Assembly (NCBI GenBank): GCA_963713615.1
Contig: CAVQMM010000001.1
Coordinates: forward strand, 3,136,001 to 3,200,000
From: an uncultured Chlamydiae bacterium
GTDB lineage: Bacteria; Chlamydiota; Chlamydiia; Chlamydiales; JAJFMA01
Length of the DNA stretch: 64,000 nt
Reading direction: 5' to 3'
The position numbers and the translations under genes are program-made. The notes beneath the pieces are model-generated. The model was not told where the DNA came from, made no database searches, and saw only the letters and a program-made list of their open reading frames with translations. Shown in pieces: positions 40,613 to 51,511 of the stretch. Position 1 is the stretch's first letter; every line of letters starts with the position of its first letter.

Positions 40613-41480
40613 ATGGACTAAAGGATAAAAGCGACATAAAGGACATAAAGGACGTCTGCAATTACCTCCAAAAGACTTAGGAAGTAAATTTCTACAGGTC
40701 CTTTAGAGGTAATTGCAGAAGTCCGATTTTCCGAATTCAATTTCCTGAAAATCGGATGCCGGTGAAGAGAGAGCCATTCCCTTCCCAGGCCCGAAGGGTC
40801 GATATTGCAACAGGCCAGGGCATCGCCCTGGTATACGCCAAGAGAGGATATCGCAGTCTGAAAGACTGCCACAAGACGCTGGTTTGCATAGACCATTTAT
40901 GCATGCCTTTTATCGCAGTCCTTCAGACTGCGAAATCCCTTCCTGGCCTATACCAGGGCGATGCCCCATAGGCCTCAACCTAACAGGTCTTTTGAGCTTA
41001 TATCTCAATGACTTAGGACTTCACAATCGTATCTCGGCGCGCAGCGCTTTGGAGTGCGGTCGCTTGCGACCGCTTTTCGTTCCTTGGGACGGCAATGCTA
41101 AACGGCATTGTATGGATTCGTCGAAGGCTGCATGTACTAACTATTTTACCCTTAGGGAATTATAGTAATGCCGTTGCACACGACCGTCGCAAGGAACCCA
41201 AAGCGGTCGCAAGCGACCGCACTCCAAAGCGCTGCGCGCCGAGATACGATTGTTAGGCTTAGGTTGAGGCCTATGGGGCGATGCCCTGGCCTGTTGCAAT
41301 ATCGACCCTTCGGGCCTGGGAAGTGATAAAAGCCTGTGTCCACACCAGATAGTGCCATGCTGCCTGAGCTCTCTAGAATCGCCTACTAGCCAAAAAAGAT
41401 AACCTTTTTTACCCAAGAATCGATTCTCAAGGGCTCAAATAATTTTGCAATTACCTCTTTATGTCTTTTTGGTCCTTTAG
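40613..41480. repeat. Nested palindromic repeat element, copy B
   Basis: Same modules as 2759-3600 in inverted and rearranged order. Confidence 0.9.
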
Positions 41481-42275
41481 GGCATTTTTAACCTTTCCGA
41501 AGAGCTGGCAGGCGTTGCGTTGCGTGGCGTTCGCTACCTCGGTAATAGACACGTTTTTTACGGCAGCGATGACCGCGGCTACCTCTGGTAAAAACGCGGG
41601 TTCATTGACCTTTCCACGATGACTTTGCGGGGCCAGATAGGGAGAGTCCGTTTCGATCAATAGCTGGTCTAGGGGCACATGACGAGCGACTTCGCGGAGC
41701 TGTTCACTTTTCTTAAAAGTGACAATACCGCTGAGTGAGAGATACCACCCGCGCTTAAGGACTTCTTCAGCTTCGGCTAGAGAGCCTGTAAAGCAATGTA
41801 ACACTCCACGAGCGTGCTTTCCCTTCACGACATAATCGCTATCGAGGATCTCAAGCAGATCAGCGAAGGCATCGCGACAATGGATGATCACGGGTAGGTT
41901 GCATTCTAGAGCGAGTGCCAGATAGCGACGAAGAAAATGCTGCTGGAGCTGCCTGTCCGAATGCTCGTAGAAATAGTCAAGACCCGTTTCTCCTACTGCA
42001 GCCAATAAACCTTTTTTGGCACATTCCGCAAAGATAGGGAACAGCTCTTCTCCCTCTTTAGCCACATCATGGGGTGTTGTGGCACCAGCATTAAGGATCC
42101 AGGGATGGCTTAGGGCCAGCTTCAGCCCTTCCTCTAGGCTAATCCGGTCCGTGCAGATATTAGTGATATGCCTTACACCTGCTTCCCAGGCCGTTTTTGC
42201 CAAGGAATCAGCCTGTCCCACCAATTGATGGGACGTTAGATGTGCATGGCTATCAAAGTAGGTAACCTCGTTCAC
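41451..42275 (-). CDS. tatD: TatD family nuclease
   Basis: DSHAHL, GETGLD, HCRDA, VLHCF, IETDSPYL. Confidence 0.93.
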   Translation of the reverse strand: MNEVTYFDSHAHLTSHQLVGQADSLAKTAWEAGVRHITNICTDRISLEEGLKLALSHPWILNAGATTPHDVAKEGEELFPIFAECAKKGLLAAVGETGLDYFYEHSDRQLQQHFLRRYLALALECNLPVIIHCRDAFADLLEILDSDYVVKGKHARGVLHCFTGSLAEAEEVLKRGWYLSLSGIVTFKKSEQLREVARHVPLDQLLIETDSPYLAPQSHRGKVNEPAFLPEVAAVIAAVKNVSITEVANATQRNACQLFGKVKNALKDQKDIKR

Positions 42276-44554
42276 CGATTCACTGCCGCCGTGTGTTGCC
42301 CAGAAATAGATTCCTTGACGACTGTTGTCTGAAGCTTGTCGAGATACTTACTGACGACATCGGGGGTTAGAACCTGGGGGAGAATGAGAGGTGTTTCCTG
42401 ACCAGGAATATAAAGCAGGTAAAGGGGGACACCGTTACGTCCATAGCGTCGCAGTTCTTGAGTAATCGCTGGATTAGGGCGGGTCCAGTCGGCCTTAATT
42501 TTGACAACGCCTAAGTCTTCAAACTTTTGCTCAATGTCGTTAAGGGAAAGGACGAGATGATTGGCCTGGCATATCACGCACCACTTAGCTGTGAAATCGA
42601 TGAAGACTGGCTTGCCCTCAGCACGCAGCTGTTCAAGCATAGCCGGGGAAAAAGAACGCCAGGCTTTAGGATGCTGCTCAATATCTGCCAACTGTCCCAG
42701 CTGTGCCCCATCAAGTTCCTCCGGTACCACCTGAGCTGAGATGACCAAGATATAGGTGCCGACGAGCCCTAGAATAATGCTGAGCAATATACCCGCTTTA
42801 CGAGTGATTTGGGGCCGAAAGGGATGGCATAGGTGTCCATAGACCCAACAGGTAACTGCCAAAACAAACAGCGCACATAGCAGCAGAAAAACACCAAGAA
42901 GAGCGGTTTGAGCACCAAATACCCATAGCAACCACAAGATCGTAGCAAATAGGAGGAAGCCCATAAACTGCTTGAACGTTAGCATCCAAGGACCCGGTTT
43001 TGGCAGCCATTTAACCAGCGTTGGGAAAAGTGTTAGCATGAAGTAAGGAAAGGCCATGCCCAGCCCTAAAAACGTAAAAATCAACAATGCAGAGGGTGGC
43101 GGTAGCGTCACCGCGAAGCCAATAGCAGCGCCCAAAAATGGTCCAGTACATGGCGTCGCTACGGCGGTCGCTAAAATCCCATTGAAGAAGGAGCTAGATA
43201 GGCCTATAGAGTGTTTTGCATTGTGACTTTCGCGTTCTCCAGCCCAGGAGGCCACCCCAAGGCCTATTTCGAAAACGCCAAAGAGGCTAAGAGCAAAGAC
43301 TAATAGGACTGCTGCCAAGATGGCTACAAAGATGGGCTCTTGTAGCTGAAAGCCCCATCCTACAGCGTGACCATATGCCTGTAGTATCAACAAGACTCCG
43401 GCCAAAATCCAAAAAGATACTAATACACCAGCGGTGAACATCAATCCATGCTTCACTGTAGACAAACGACTGTGTCCGGCCATCTTGACGATGCTCAGCA
43501 CTTTTAGTGAGATCACCGGAAGGACACATGGCATAAGGTTCAGGATCATTCCCCCGACAAAAGCCATCAGAAGAGCCAAGGCCATTCCACCTTCAAACTC
43601 ATGCATATTAGCACCAGCAGTGACACTATCAGAAGTTGAAGCCATCGCTACCGTTTTGTCCTTTAAAGTTACCCGAACGGCAACAGCGATGTTTTGTTTG
43701 GAACCAGCTTGTAGTAGAAGGACACCATCAAGTTTGTCGAGAGAAGCTTCTCCGCCGGAGGCTTTGCTCAAATCGACTCTATAACCACCATCACCAGAGA
43801 GATGTGCTTTAAGTTCGGATTGATAATCCACCGTATTAGGTTGAGAGGGCAGAAAAAAAGCTGAGGTGATATTTTTATCGAGAGCTCCGGGAGGTTTTAG
43901 GGATAGCTGTACTATTCCCGATGTGTCTTTACCTTGAATATTCCAGGTGTTTAGTGGCAACGCTTGCCTAGCTTGGGTGAACAGGGCCGCATATTGTCCG
44001 TCCCGTAAAGGTGTTGCTTTGCTAACTAACAACGTCGTTTTTGCCGCGCAGTCCCCAGGAATGCAGTTACCATCATTGCAGGCTACCCAGCGTATGGTTG
44101 CCTCGACTTCTAATTCTTGACCCGCAGTGATCGCGTCATTGGGCATCACTTTAGCTAATAAAGCGTAGGAATGGTCATATCCAAACGTCACTAACCCCTT
44201 TTCTGTAAAACGATGTGGGGTAGGCCATTCGAGAGAGAGAACCTTAAAACCGGGAGGTAATGCCCATTCCACCGATGTGGCAAGACCGCTGTCTCCAGCA
44301 TTCTTCCAGTATGTATGCCACTCTTTGTCCATCTTTACGCGCAAGGCTAGCCAAAAGGCACGACCCGATTGGATGCTCTTTTCCTCGGGGATAAGGCTAA
44401 GCTGAATCGGCTCCCGCTGCATCACCGTATCCTGATGACTAAAGGCCGAAAAATCAGGCGTTGCAGAGGTCAGAAAATCGCTGGCTTGAAGGCCTGTGGC
44501 CGAAAATACTGCGATTAGGCTCCAGATGAGCATTCTTACCAAACGATTCAACAT
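42272..44554 (-). CDS. dsbD: DsbD-family thiol:disulfide interchange protein
   Basis: WHTYWKN, LNLMPCVLP, ATPCTGP, FTAKWCVIC, GVPLY. Confidence 0.9.
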   Translation of the reverse strand: MLNRLVRMLIWSLIAVFSATGLQASDFLTSATPDFSAFSHQDTVMQREPIQLSLIPEEKSIQSGRAFWLALRVKMDKEWHTYWKNAGDSGLATSVEWALPPGFKVLSLEWPTPHRFTEKGLVTFGYDHSYALLAKVMPNDAITAGQELEVEATIRWVACNDGNCIPGDCAAKTTLLVSKATPLRDGQYAALFTQARQALPLNTWNIQGKDTSGIVQLSLKPPGALDKNITSAFFLPSQPNTVDYQSELKAHLSGDGGYRVDLSKASGGEASLDKLDGVLLLQAGSKQNIAVAVRVTLKDKTVAMASTSDSVTAGANMHEFEGGMALALLMAFVGGMILNLMPCVLPVISLKVLSIVKMAGHSRLSTVKHGLMFTAGVLVSFWILAGVLLILQAYGHAVGWGFQLQEPIFVAILAAVLLVFALSLFGVFEIGLGVASWAGERESHNAKHSIGLSSSFFNGILATAVATPCTGPFLGAAIGFAVTLPPPSALLIFTFLGLGMAFPYFMLTLFPTLVKWLPKPGPWMLTFKQFMGFLLFATILWLLWVFGAQTALLGVFLLLCALFVLAVTCWVYGHLCHPFRPQITRKAGILLSIILGLVGTYILVISAQVVPEELDGAQLGQLADIEQHPKAWRSFSPAMLEQLRAEGKPVFIDFTAKWCVICQANHLVLSLNDIEQKFEDLGVVKIKADWTRPNPAITQELRRYGRNGVPLYLLYIPGQETPLILPQVLTPDVVSKYLDKLQTTVVKESISGQHTAAVNR

Positions 44555-44814
44555 ATCTCCCCTCCCAGGTTGGTAAGGCTGATGACGCGTCTCGACGACC
44601 GAGTGTGGTATATGGTTCCAGATAGCGAGATTACCAGGGTATAAGAATAAATATAACAAGTTTTCTGGTATCCTATTTTTTGGCCTTTATAGAAAACAGG
44701 GAATTCGGACTCCGAAGAACCCTGCTACTTGGCTTGACAAATTGGTGTTATTTCACGTATTAAGCTTCCATCCCTTAAAGGATAAGTGAGCTAAAAGTAA
44801 AGGTTAGTAGTGCG

Positions 44815-45555
44815 ATGATTGTAAGTGTTAAGTTATTAGGAGTCAACCCTTTCGTCCAGGCTTTCACCGAATCGGACCTGTTGGGAAAGGCTATTTTTGT
44901 CGCCCTTATTCTCTTATCCGTCATCACTTGGATCGTTCTCCTCTATAAAGTTAGGTTAATGCAAAAAGCGCGCCGCTATTCAGAGCGATTTCAAGAGGAA
45001 TTTGAGGCGCACCGTCATAATCCGCTGAACTTTAGCTCAGGAATTTGCGAAAAAACAGAAAGTAATCCATTTTTGAGTCTCTATCTCAAACTCAAGGGTT
45101 ATACGGTTGATCTGCTCAACAAGAACCGTTGTTTTGGTAATAAGGGCGAAACGGCTGCTTCTTCTTACCTTTCACCCGCCGACATCGATTTGGTGGGAGC
45201 TCATCTATCGACGGTGATCTCTTCCGAAGCTAAGGGTCTAGAGCGAAATCTCTATATTCTTTCCACTGCCGCCAGCCTCGCCCCATTTCTTGGATTGCTC
45301 GGTACTGTCTGGGGGATTTTAGCGACTTTTTCCCAGCCGCAGCTTCTTGGAACCGGAGGTTCGCATGCTATTCTCGGTGGAATTTCCCTGGCCTTGGTAA
45401 CAACAGTCTTGGGTTTGCTCAACGCTATTCCGGCTCTTATTGGATACAACTATCTTAAAGATTCCGTCAGTGATTTTGAGACATCGATGGAAGAATTTTC
45501 TAGCGATGTTCTGAGTTCCGTAGAGCTGCAGTATCGCCAAGTTGACCTTAAATGA
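44815..45555 (+). CDS. tolQ: TolQ/ExbB proton channel
   Basis: APFLGLLGTVWGI, ALVTT.LGL..AIPA. Confidence 0.85.
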   Translation: MIVSVKLLGVNPFVQAFTESDLLGKAIFVALILLSVITWIVLLYKVRLMQKARRYSERFQEEFEAHRHNPLNFSSGICEKTESNPFLSLYLKLKGYTVDLLNKNRCFGNKGETAASSYLSPADIDLVGAHLSTVISSEAKGLERNLYILSTAASLAPFLGLLGTVWGILATFSQPQLLGTGGSHAILGGISLALVTTVLGLLNAIPALIGYNYLKDSVSDFETSMEEFSSDVLSSVELQYRQVDLK

Positions 45556-45562
45556 GGTTTTC

Positions 45563-45979
45563 ATGAGGCGACGTTTTCGGACATCACATACAGAGCCAGT
45601 TATTAATCTTACGCCACTCATCGATGTCGTTTTTGTGATATTGATCGTTTTTTTGATTGCAGCGCCCCTGCTAGAACTCGAACAGATTGATATCGCCAAG
45701 GGTGGTCATCATGATGCCCCAGCTTCTAGGAGTGTGCAGTCCAAAAGTCTTGTTACCGTGTATGTAAGACCCGATGATACGATTTGGTTTGAAGATCAGC
45801 GACGGGATCTGATGGATCTTGCCCTAGTGTTGCGTGAAGCTCACCAGCGATATCCTCATGTCATTCCGCAGCTTATACAAGATCGGCAAAGTCACTTTGG
45901 CACTCATCAGGCTGTAAAAAATGCATTTGAAGTCGCTGGTTATCAGGAGCTGGAATTGATTCTTCGGCCCGGGGATTGA
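45563..45979 (+). CDS. tolR: TolR/ExbD
   Basis: INLTPLIDVVFVILIVF. Confidence 0.85.
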   Translation: MRRRFRTSHTEPVINLTPLIDVVFVILIVFLIAAPLLELEQIDIAKGGHHDAPASRSVQSKSLVTVYVRPDDTIWFEDQRRDLMDLALVLREAHQRYPHVIPQLIQDRQSHFGTHQAVKNAFEVAGYQELELILRPGD

Positions 45980-45980
45980 T

Positions 45981-46709
45981 ATGCGTAGCCTAACCGTAAA
46001 AAGGCCAAATATCCGGGCAATCATTAGCTTGGTCTTGGTGGTTCACGGTCTGCTCGCCCTATCTATTGCTTGGGATCCTGTATTACCAACTCGATCCATT
46101 GCACCGCGACGTCCGGTAGTTGTTCGTGTGGTAGCATTGGCGGAATCCAGGCCGGTGGTGGTAGCTCCAGTCGCTGAAAAGCCGGTGCCACCTCCAGTAC
46201 CGAAGCCACCAGCAAAGGCACAGAAGAAACCCACACCTACAAAGCCACCGACACCTACGAAAAGTCAAGCGAAGCCCAAACCGACCGCTTCTGTAACATC
46301 AGCCCGTACGGCAGCATTGGAAAAGGCACGGGCCTCGCTGGCAAAGCTGCAACACGTAGCGGAGGGGAGTGTGGTGTCTACGGAGAGTATAGATTTGGTG
46401 GTCCCAGACCTATCAGCTGCTCCTATGGCTGCTGTTGAAGTAGCTGTTATGCCCCCTTACTCGGAGGAGTTGACCACGAGGTTGAAGACGTTGCTAAAAT
46501 TGCCTGAATATGGATCGGTGAAAGTACAGTTGACCTTGAAACGACTAGGTTTTGTCAATCGAGTGGAAATATTGCAGGCTGAAAGCCAAGTCAACCGGAC
46601 TTATGTTGAGAAGGAGTTGCCCGCTCTCAAGTTCGCTGATTTTGGCAAATTCTTTCCAGGCGAGGAGGAGCATTCTTTTACTCTCGTGCTCAGTAATGAC
46701 CTCTATTGA
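45981..46709 (+). CDS. TolA/TonB-like energy transducer
   Basis: N-terminal TM with His, Pro/Lys-rich linker, between tolR and tolB. Confidence 0.7.
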   Translation: MRSLTVKRPNIRAIISLVLVVHGLLALSIAWDPVLPTRSIAPRRPVVVRVVALAESRPVVVAPVAEKPVPPPVPKPPAKAQKKPTPTKPPTPTKSQAKPKPTASVTSARTAALEKARASLAKLQHVAEGSVVSTESIDLVVPDLSAAPMAAVEVAVMPPYSEELTTRLKTLLKLPEYGSVKVQLTLKRLGFVNRVEILQAESQVNRTYVEKELPALKFADFGKFFPGEEEHSFTLVLSNDLY

Positions 46710-46753
46710 TTTTTGTCGGATATCTCGTGATGTCGAAATAGCCGTTCAAACCT

Positions 46754-47048
46754 TCACAATCGTATTTCGGCGCGTAGCGCTTTGGAGTGCGTGTCGCTCG
46801 CGACCGCTTTGGATTTGGGCGAGCCTATTGAATCGCGCACCGTTCTACGGAGGCTGCCCCCCCCACAGTTACCCCTAGAGAGAAGGGTTACGTTTCTTGC
46901 AATGCCAACTTCGCCCAAATCCAAAGCGGTCGCGAGCGACACGCACTCCAAAGCGCTGCGCGCCGAGATACGATTGTGAGGGCGCAGTTAGTTGCTTAAG
47001 TTGATGCCTATGACTCCAAAGCGCTACGCGCCGAGATATGATTGTAAG
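46754..47048. repeat. Palindromic element of the GCGCTTTGGAGTGCG family plus an extra arm
   Basis: Arms of about 67 bp bounding 46754-46979; spacer matches about 55260-55350 inverted. Confidence 0.9.
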
Positions 47049-47138
47049 GGCTTTGGCGCAGTTGCATGGACAAAACCTAAGCACGTGTGGTATACATTAC
47101 CGCGTTCCCTAAGATAGGTTCAGATTTCGGAGGTCCTC

Positions 47139-48545
47139 ATGATGCGTCGGCTCGCTAGTTTTGCATTTACACTACTCATGGCTTGGTCTTCTCTGTTCAG
47201 CGAAGAGGCTCAAGAGCTTGTTGTGAAATTACCCACGTCTACGCCACTACTCCCCATGTATGTGGCACAGATCACTAGTGAGGACACCGAGTTTGATCAC
47301 GGTTATCTGGCAAAACTACAGTCTGTATTGCGTTATGATTTCGATAATAATGCCTTGACGCAACTACTTGGGCCTAATGCTGAAAAGGAAGCTCTGGCTG
47401 CACGTTCTTATGGAGAGCCTGAGTCTGCCCTGTCATCATGGCGCGCAGCTCATGTCATGTACGTCATTATTCCTCGCGTACAAGCGAACCACCTTTCTCT
47501 GCGCCTCATTGCAGTCAATAACCAAGTGGTTAAAGAGCTTAGTGATATCGCCCTCAGTGGGGATTTGGAGGAAGATCGTCACCGAATTCACTTGGTATCC
47601 GATTCTGTACATCACGAGCTTTTTGGTGTCGAAGGCATTGCCACAACACGAATTTTGTATACAAAGCGTTTCGTGAATTCAACCGGAAAGCAGGTTTCGG
47701 AGGTTTGGGAAGCTGACTACGACGGCAGCGGAGCACGTCAGATCACTCACGATGGAGCCTACTGTATTACTCCGAGCTATATCCCACCAGCTCCTGGGAT
47801 GATATCAAGGCAGTTTGTTTATGTAACCTATCGCTGGGGACCACCGAAAATCATGTACGCTTCTCTTAAAGACGGTGTGGGCCAGCGCTTCACCGATTTG
47901 CGCGGCAACCAACTATTACCTTGTGTGTCTCGTCAGCGTGACAAGGTCGCATTTATTAGCGATATCACCGGCAATCCAGACCTTTTTGTTCAGCCCTTTA
48001 GTCCTGAATATGGTGCCGTGGGCAAGCCAATGCAGGTCTTTTCTGCTCGTGGATCCACTCAGGGTAGCCCTTCCTTTAGCCCCGATGGGAAAAAACTGGC
48101 TTTTGTCTCGGATAAAGCCGGGCAACCACAGATTTATGCTATGGATCTTCCCACCGGTGGGGCTAAGCTCAAGGATTTACACCCCGTTCTCGTGAGCGTC
48201 AAAGCGCGTAATGGAACGGCTCCTGCCTGGTCACCAGATGGCTCAAAAATCGTTTTTTGCTCACAGACAAAAGGGTTACGGCAGCTGTGGCTATATGATG
48301 TCGCTACGCGCCAGGAATATCAGCTAACCTTTGGCCCTGCAAACAAGGAAAACCCTAGCTGGGCTCCAGACAGCCTGCACCTTGTTTACAATACTGCAGA
48401 CGCAGGAGATAGCGAACTCTTTCTCCTGGATCTGCATCGCCTGAAGCCCATAAAAATTGAACTGGGCGAAGGGGAAAAGCGCTTTCCCAGCTGGGAACCC
48501 CGTAGCAACAAAAGATCACGTCTTGGCTGGGAAAATAGCGCTTAA
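47139..48545 (+). CDS. tolB: Tol-Pal protein TolB
   Basis: Signal peptide, ADYDG, PD40 repeats (PSFSPDG, PAWSPDG, PSWAPD). Confidence 0.92.
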   Translation: MMRRLASFAFTLLMAWSSLFSEEAQELVVKLPTSTPLLPMYVAQITSEDTEFDHGYLAKLQSVLRYDFDNNALTQLLGPNAEKEALAARSYGEPESALSSWRAAHVMYVIIPRVQANHLSLRLIAVNNQVVKELSDIALSGDLEEDRHRIHLVSDSVHHELFGVEGIATTRILYTKRFVNSTGKQVSEVWEADYDGSGARQITHDGAYCITPSYIPPAPGMISRQFVYVTYRWGPPKIMYASLKDGVGQRFTDLRGNQLLPCVSRQRDKVAFISDITGNPDLFVQPFSPEYGAVGKPMQVFSARGSTQGSPSFSPDGKKLAFVSDKAGQPQIYAMDLPTGGAKLKDLHPVLVSVKARNGTAPAWSPDGSKIVFCSQTKGLRQLWLYDVATRQEYQLTFGPANKENPSWAPDSLHLVYNTADAGDSELFLLDLHRLKPIKIELGEGEKRFPSWEPRSNKRSRLGWENSA

Positions 48546-49268
48546 GCCACCGTCAATCACTAAATCAGCACCGATGATATAAGCCGATTGTGGCGAAGCC
48601 AAATAGAGCGCAGCCCCTGCAATATCTTCAGGAGACGCAAATTTGTGTGTGGGAGTATTCTCCGCAAAGCGTTTCATGGCTTCTGGATCCGATTCTCTGA
48701 TTCCATCGAATATAGGGGTGTCGACAAGGCCCGGAGAGATCGCATTAACACGGATACCGCGACTAACAAGGTCGGCAGATAGACCACGTGCCAAATGGCT
48801 TACGGCTGCTTTGGTAGAGGCATAGACGCTATGCCCAGGCCATCCAACGTGTGCTGCAGCGGATGAAATAAAGATAATGGATGCGCCTTGATTCAGGTAG
48901 GCAAGAGAGCGCTGTGCAGTGAAGTACAAGCCTTTGTAATTCACATTCACAATCTCGTCGAAGAACTTTTCATCGACGTCGCTAACTTGTCGAGCTCCTG
49001 CTATGCCGGCGCTGGCTACCACAACATCAATGCCGCCGAATTTGGAATGTGTCTCTTTAAATAGATAATCCAAGTCTGAGATATTGCTAACATCGCCTTG
49101 AATGGCCAGGGCCTGCGGTAATGCAGAGACCGCCTCGTCCAGTTTTTGCTGATTTCGTCCGAAGATGACCACCTTAGCCCCAGATTGGCCAAACGCCTTA
49201 GCGGTCGCTAAGCCAATGCCGCTATTTCCACCAGTGATCACCACAACCTTATTCGTGAACTCATGCAT
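48516..49268 (-). CDS. Short-chain dehydrogenase/reductase
   Basis: TGGNSGIG, YASTK, IRVNAISPG. Confidence 0.93.
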   Translation of the reverse strand: MHEFTNKVVVITGGNSGIGLATAKAFGQSGAKVVIFGRNQQKLDEAVSALPQALAIQGDVSNISDLDYLFKETHSKFGGIDVVVASAGIAGARQVSDVDEKFFDEIVNVNYKGLYFTAQRSLAYLNQGASIIFISSAAAHVGWPGHSVYASTKAAVSHLARGLSADLVSRGIRVNAISPGLVDTPIFDGIRESDPEAMKRFAENTPTHKFASPEDIAGAALYLASPQSAYIIGADLVIDGGLSAIFPAKT

Positions 49269-49283
49269 GACTCTTCCTTTATT

Positions 49284-50246
49284 TTAGGCTACTGTGTGTT
49301 GCGCGTGGTATGGTTGGCCCGATTGGCGGATACCATAAATAACAGCGCCTAGTAGTAGCATGATGCCGCCAAGTTCCGTCGGCGGCGGTAGACGCTGTTC
49401 TAACATAAAAACGAATACCAAGCCAAAGATCGTCTCAAAGATAGTCAACTGTCCTGCTAAAGAAACAGGCAAGTAGAAGCTAGCACGATTCCAGAGAAAA
49501 GCCCCCACCCATGAACAAACAAGACCCAAGATGGCGCAACCAACCAAAAAGGTCATTAGAGAAGCATCTAGGTGCATAAATTTCTGCATATCGATTTGAC
49601 CCGTCGGCAGTAGGCCAAACACCAATCCGAAGACCCCTACCCAGCCCAGTGTTGTAACTCCCAGCATGGAGGACCATTCGCCACCAGAGATCTCAGGATG
49701 CTCCTTCAGAAAACGTGAGTTAGCCACAACATACCAGGACCACGAGGTCAAACACATCAAACTACAGATGATCCCTAATAGGAATTCATAGGGGGATTCG
49801 CTGGCTGTAAGGTGCGGAGCATTAATGATAACCAAGCCGAGTAAAATCAAAAAGGAAGGTAGCATCAGGCTGCGATAGGAACATTCCTTTTGTGTCCAAT
49901 TGCCGTAAAAGGCGATGGCGATAGGGCTGATACCTAATACAAGAGCACATACGGCAGGTGTCGCATAGCGCAGGGCCATTACCAACCAAATGTAATACCC
50001 AAAGGAAGCTACTACAGCTAGTCTTGCAGCCTTTATCCAAACAAACCTGGGATAGCGACACATTCCCGCAAGCCATTCACGACAGAAGATCGCCAAGGAA
50101 GCAATGCCGTAGAAGAAATAACGCCCCATGGCCACTTCTATGGAGGTAAAGTCCTCCAAAAACTGAGGAACGATAAATATTAACCCCCAGACAAAACAGG
50201 CACCGAGAGCAAAAATAATTCCCCTAGACCTTTCCAGCATGTTCAA
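49284..50246 (-). CDS. EamA/DMT transporter (YtfF-like)
   Basis: About ten TM helices, WGLIF..P, GRY, WNRAS..LP.SLAGQL.IFET. Confidence 0.85.
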   Translation of the reverse strand: MNMLERSRGIIFALGACFVWGLIFIVPQFLEDFTSIEVAMGRYFFYGIASLAIFCREWLAGMCRYPRFVWIKAARLAVVASFGYYIWLVMALRYATPAVCALVLGISPIAIAFYGNWTQKECSYRSLMLPSFLILLGLVIINAPHLTASESPYEFLLGIICSLMCLTSWSWYVVANSRFLKEHPEISGGEWSSMLGVTTLGWVGVFGLVFGLLPTGQIDMQKFMHLDASLMTFLVGCAILGLVCSWVGAFLWNRASFYLPVSLAGQLTIFETIFGLVFVFMLEQRLPPPTELGGIMLLLGAVIYGIRQSGQPYHAQHTVA

Positions 50247-50360
50247 GCCCCTTGTTATGAAATAACAATCGTATAATATTAGTACGTAAAAATCAAATTC
50301 CCTCGTATTGTAAAAAATTAACTAAATGGGACGCCGGTTTTAGTTGTTCGTAAGTTCGTG

Positions 50361-50670
50361 GGGCTTTTTAGGATTTTACCACAGAGAACACAGAGACACC
50401 GAGATAGGAGAGAATGTCCATTTCTTGCGCTGTACAAAATCCTGTCTGAGGGTTCCGTGGAAATACAGCCCTGTAGAGAACTTAGACAGGATTTTGTACA
50501 GCGCAAGAAATGGACCAGTCCTCAGTTTAACAAAAAAAGTTAGATTGAGCACCTGACCCGTTTGTGGGGCCTTAGACAAAATTCACTCTAAGGACCTCTG
50601 TAGGGTTATCCTTCGACAAAATCCTTAGAGTGAATTTTGTCTAAGGCCCCACAAACGACTCGCACTCCAA
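50361..50670. repeat. Carrier-family element with two internal hairpins, right arm mostly lost
   Basis: Left arm as in the 28927 element; hairpins at about 50416-50515 and 50559-50657. Confidence 0.85.
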
Positions 50671-50784
50671 AAATCCACACCCCAGTTCGTGCACGGAAAA
50701 TGCTTTATCATTTGTCCCATTTTTGCTAGGATGCCCGGTGCAAGGATTCGTTTCATTTGACCTAACCTACAATTCGAGGCTCCC

Positions 50785-51501
50785 ATGAACTGCGCTCGTC
50801 CGTTAATCTGGATGCAATTTCTGTTCTTAACTCTAGCCCTTACTGGGTGTGGATGTCGGTCATCCTGTGATGTGTGGGAAGACTCAAAGACCGCTAGCCG
50901 TTATTTTGGCAAGGGCCTGGGAGTGCTAACTGGGAGATGTAGCGAATCTGATGAGGCTTGTTCGCGAGAAGATTTTTGCTTTTATGAAGATGACGATGCT
51001 TACTGTCAGTTTGTTCCACTGGAAGATGATTCGCCTGAAGGTCTCATGGGGATGAATCGTGTCGATTTTCCTCAGCCTCGCGAGATGCCCGGAGACCCTG
51101 GAAGCAAGCTACCAGGAATTGAGGCTTTCGTTGATCCCAGCACCGATCCTGTATTGAACAAATCCTTTCAGAACATTCAGTTTGCCTACGACAGCAGCCA
51201 GGTAAAGAGTGATGACAATGTGACTAAACTACGAGCTGTGGCGTCATTTATGAAAGCTCATCCCGACGTCTACCTATCTGTAGAAGGGCACTGTGATGAG
51301 CGCGGTCCTGAAGCGTACAACTTAGCCTTAGGGGCTCGACGTGCTAATACGGTGCGAAATATGCTGATCACTGAAGGTGTAGATAAGGACCATGTCTTTA
51401 CCATTTCCTACGGAAAGGAGCGCTTGCTGGTGCTAGATCATCACGACGAAGCACATGCCAAAAACCGTCGCGCAGAGTTCAAGGTTTATCGACCTTCCTA
51501 G
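50785..51501 (+). CDS. pal: Peptidoglycan-associated lipoprotein Pal
   Basis: Lipobox LTGC, EGHCDERG..YNLALG.RRA, SYGKE, KNRRAEF. Confidence 0.92.
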   Translation: MNCARPLIWMQFLFLTLALTGCGCRSSCDVWEDSKTASRYFGKGLGVLTGRCSESDEACSREDFCFYEDDDAYCQFVPLEDDSPEGLMGMNRVDFPQPREMPGDPGSKLPGIEAFVDPSTDPVLNKSFQNIQFAYDSSQVKSDDNVTKLRAVASFMKAHPDVYLSVEGHCDERGPEAYNLALGARRANTVRNMLITEGVDKDHVFTISYGKERLLVLDHHDEAHAKNRRAEFKVYRPS

Positions 51502-51511
51502 GGAGCCTTTT

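Noticed and set aside
42272..44554. dsbD as part of the MNIO cluster
   Set aside because: tatD-dsbD-tolQRAB is conserved chlamydial synteny, so proximity alone is not evidence
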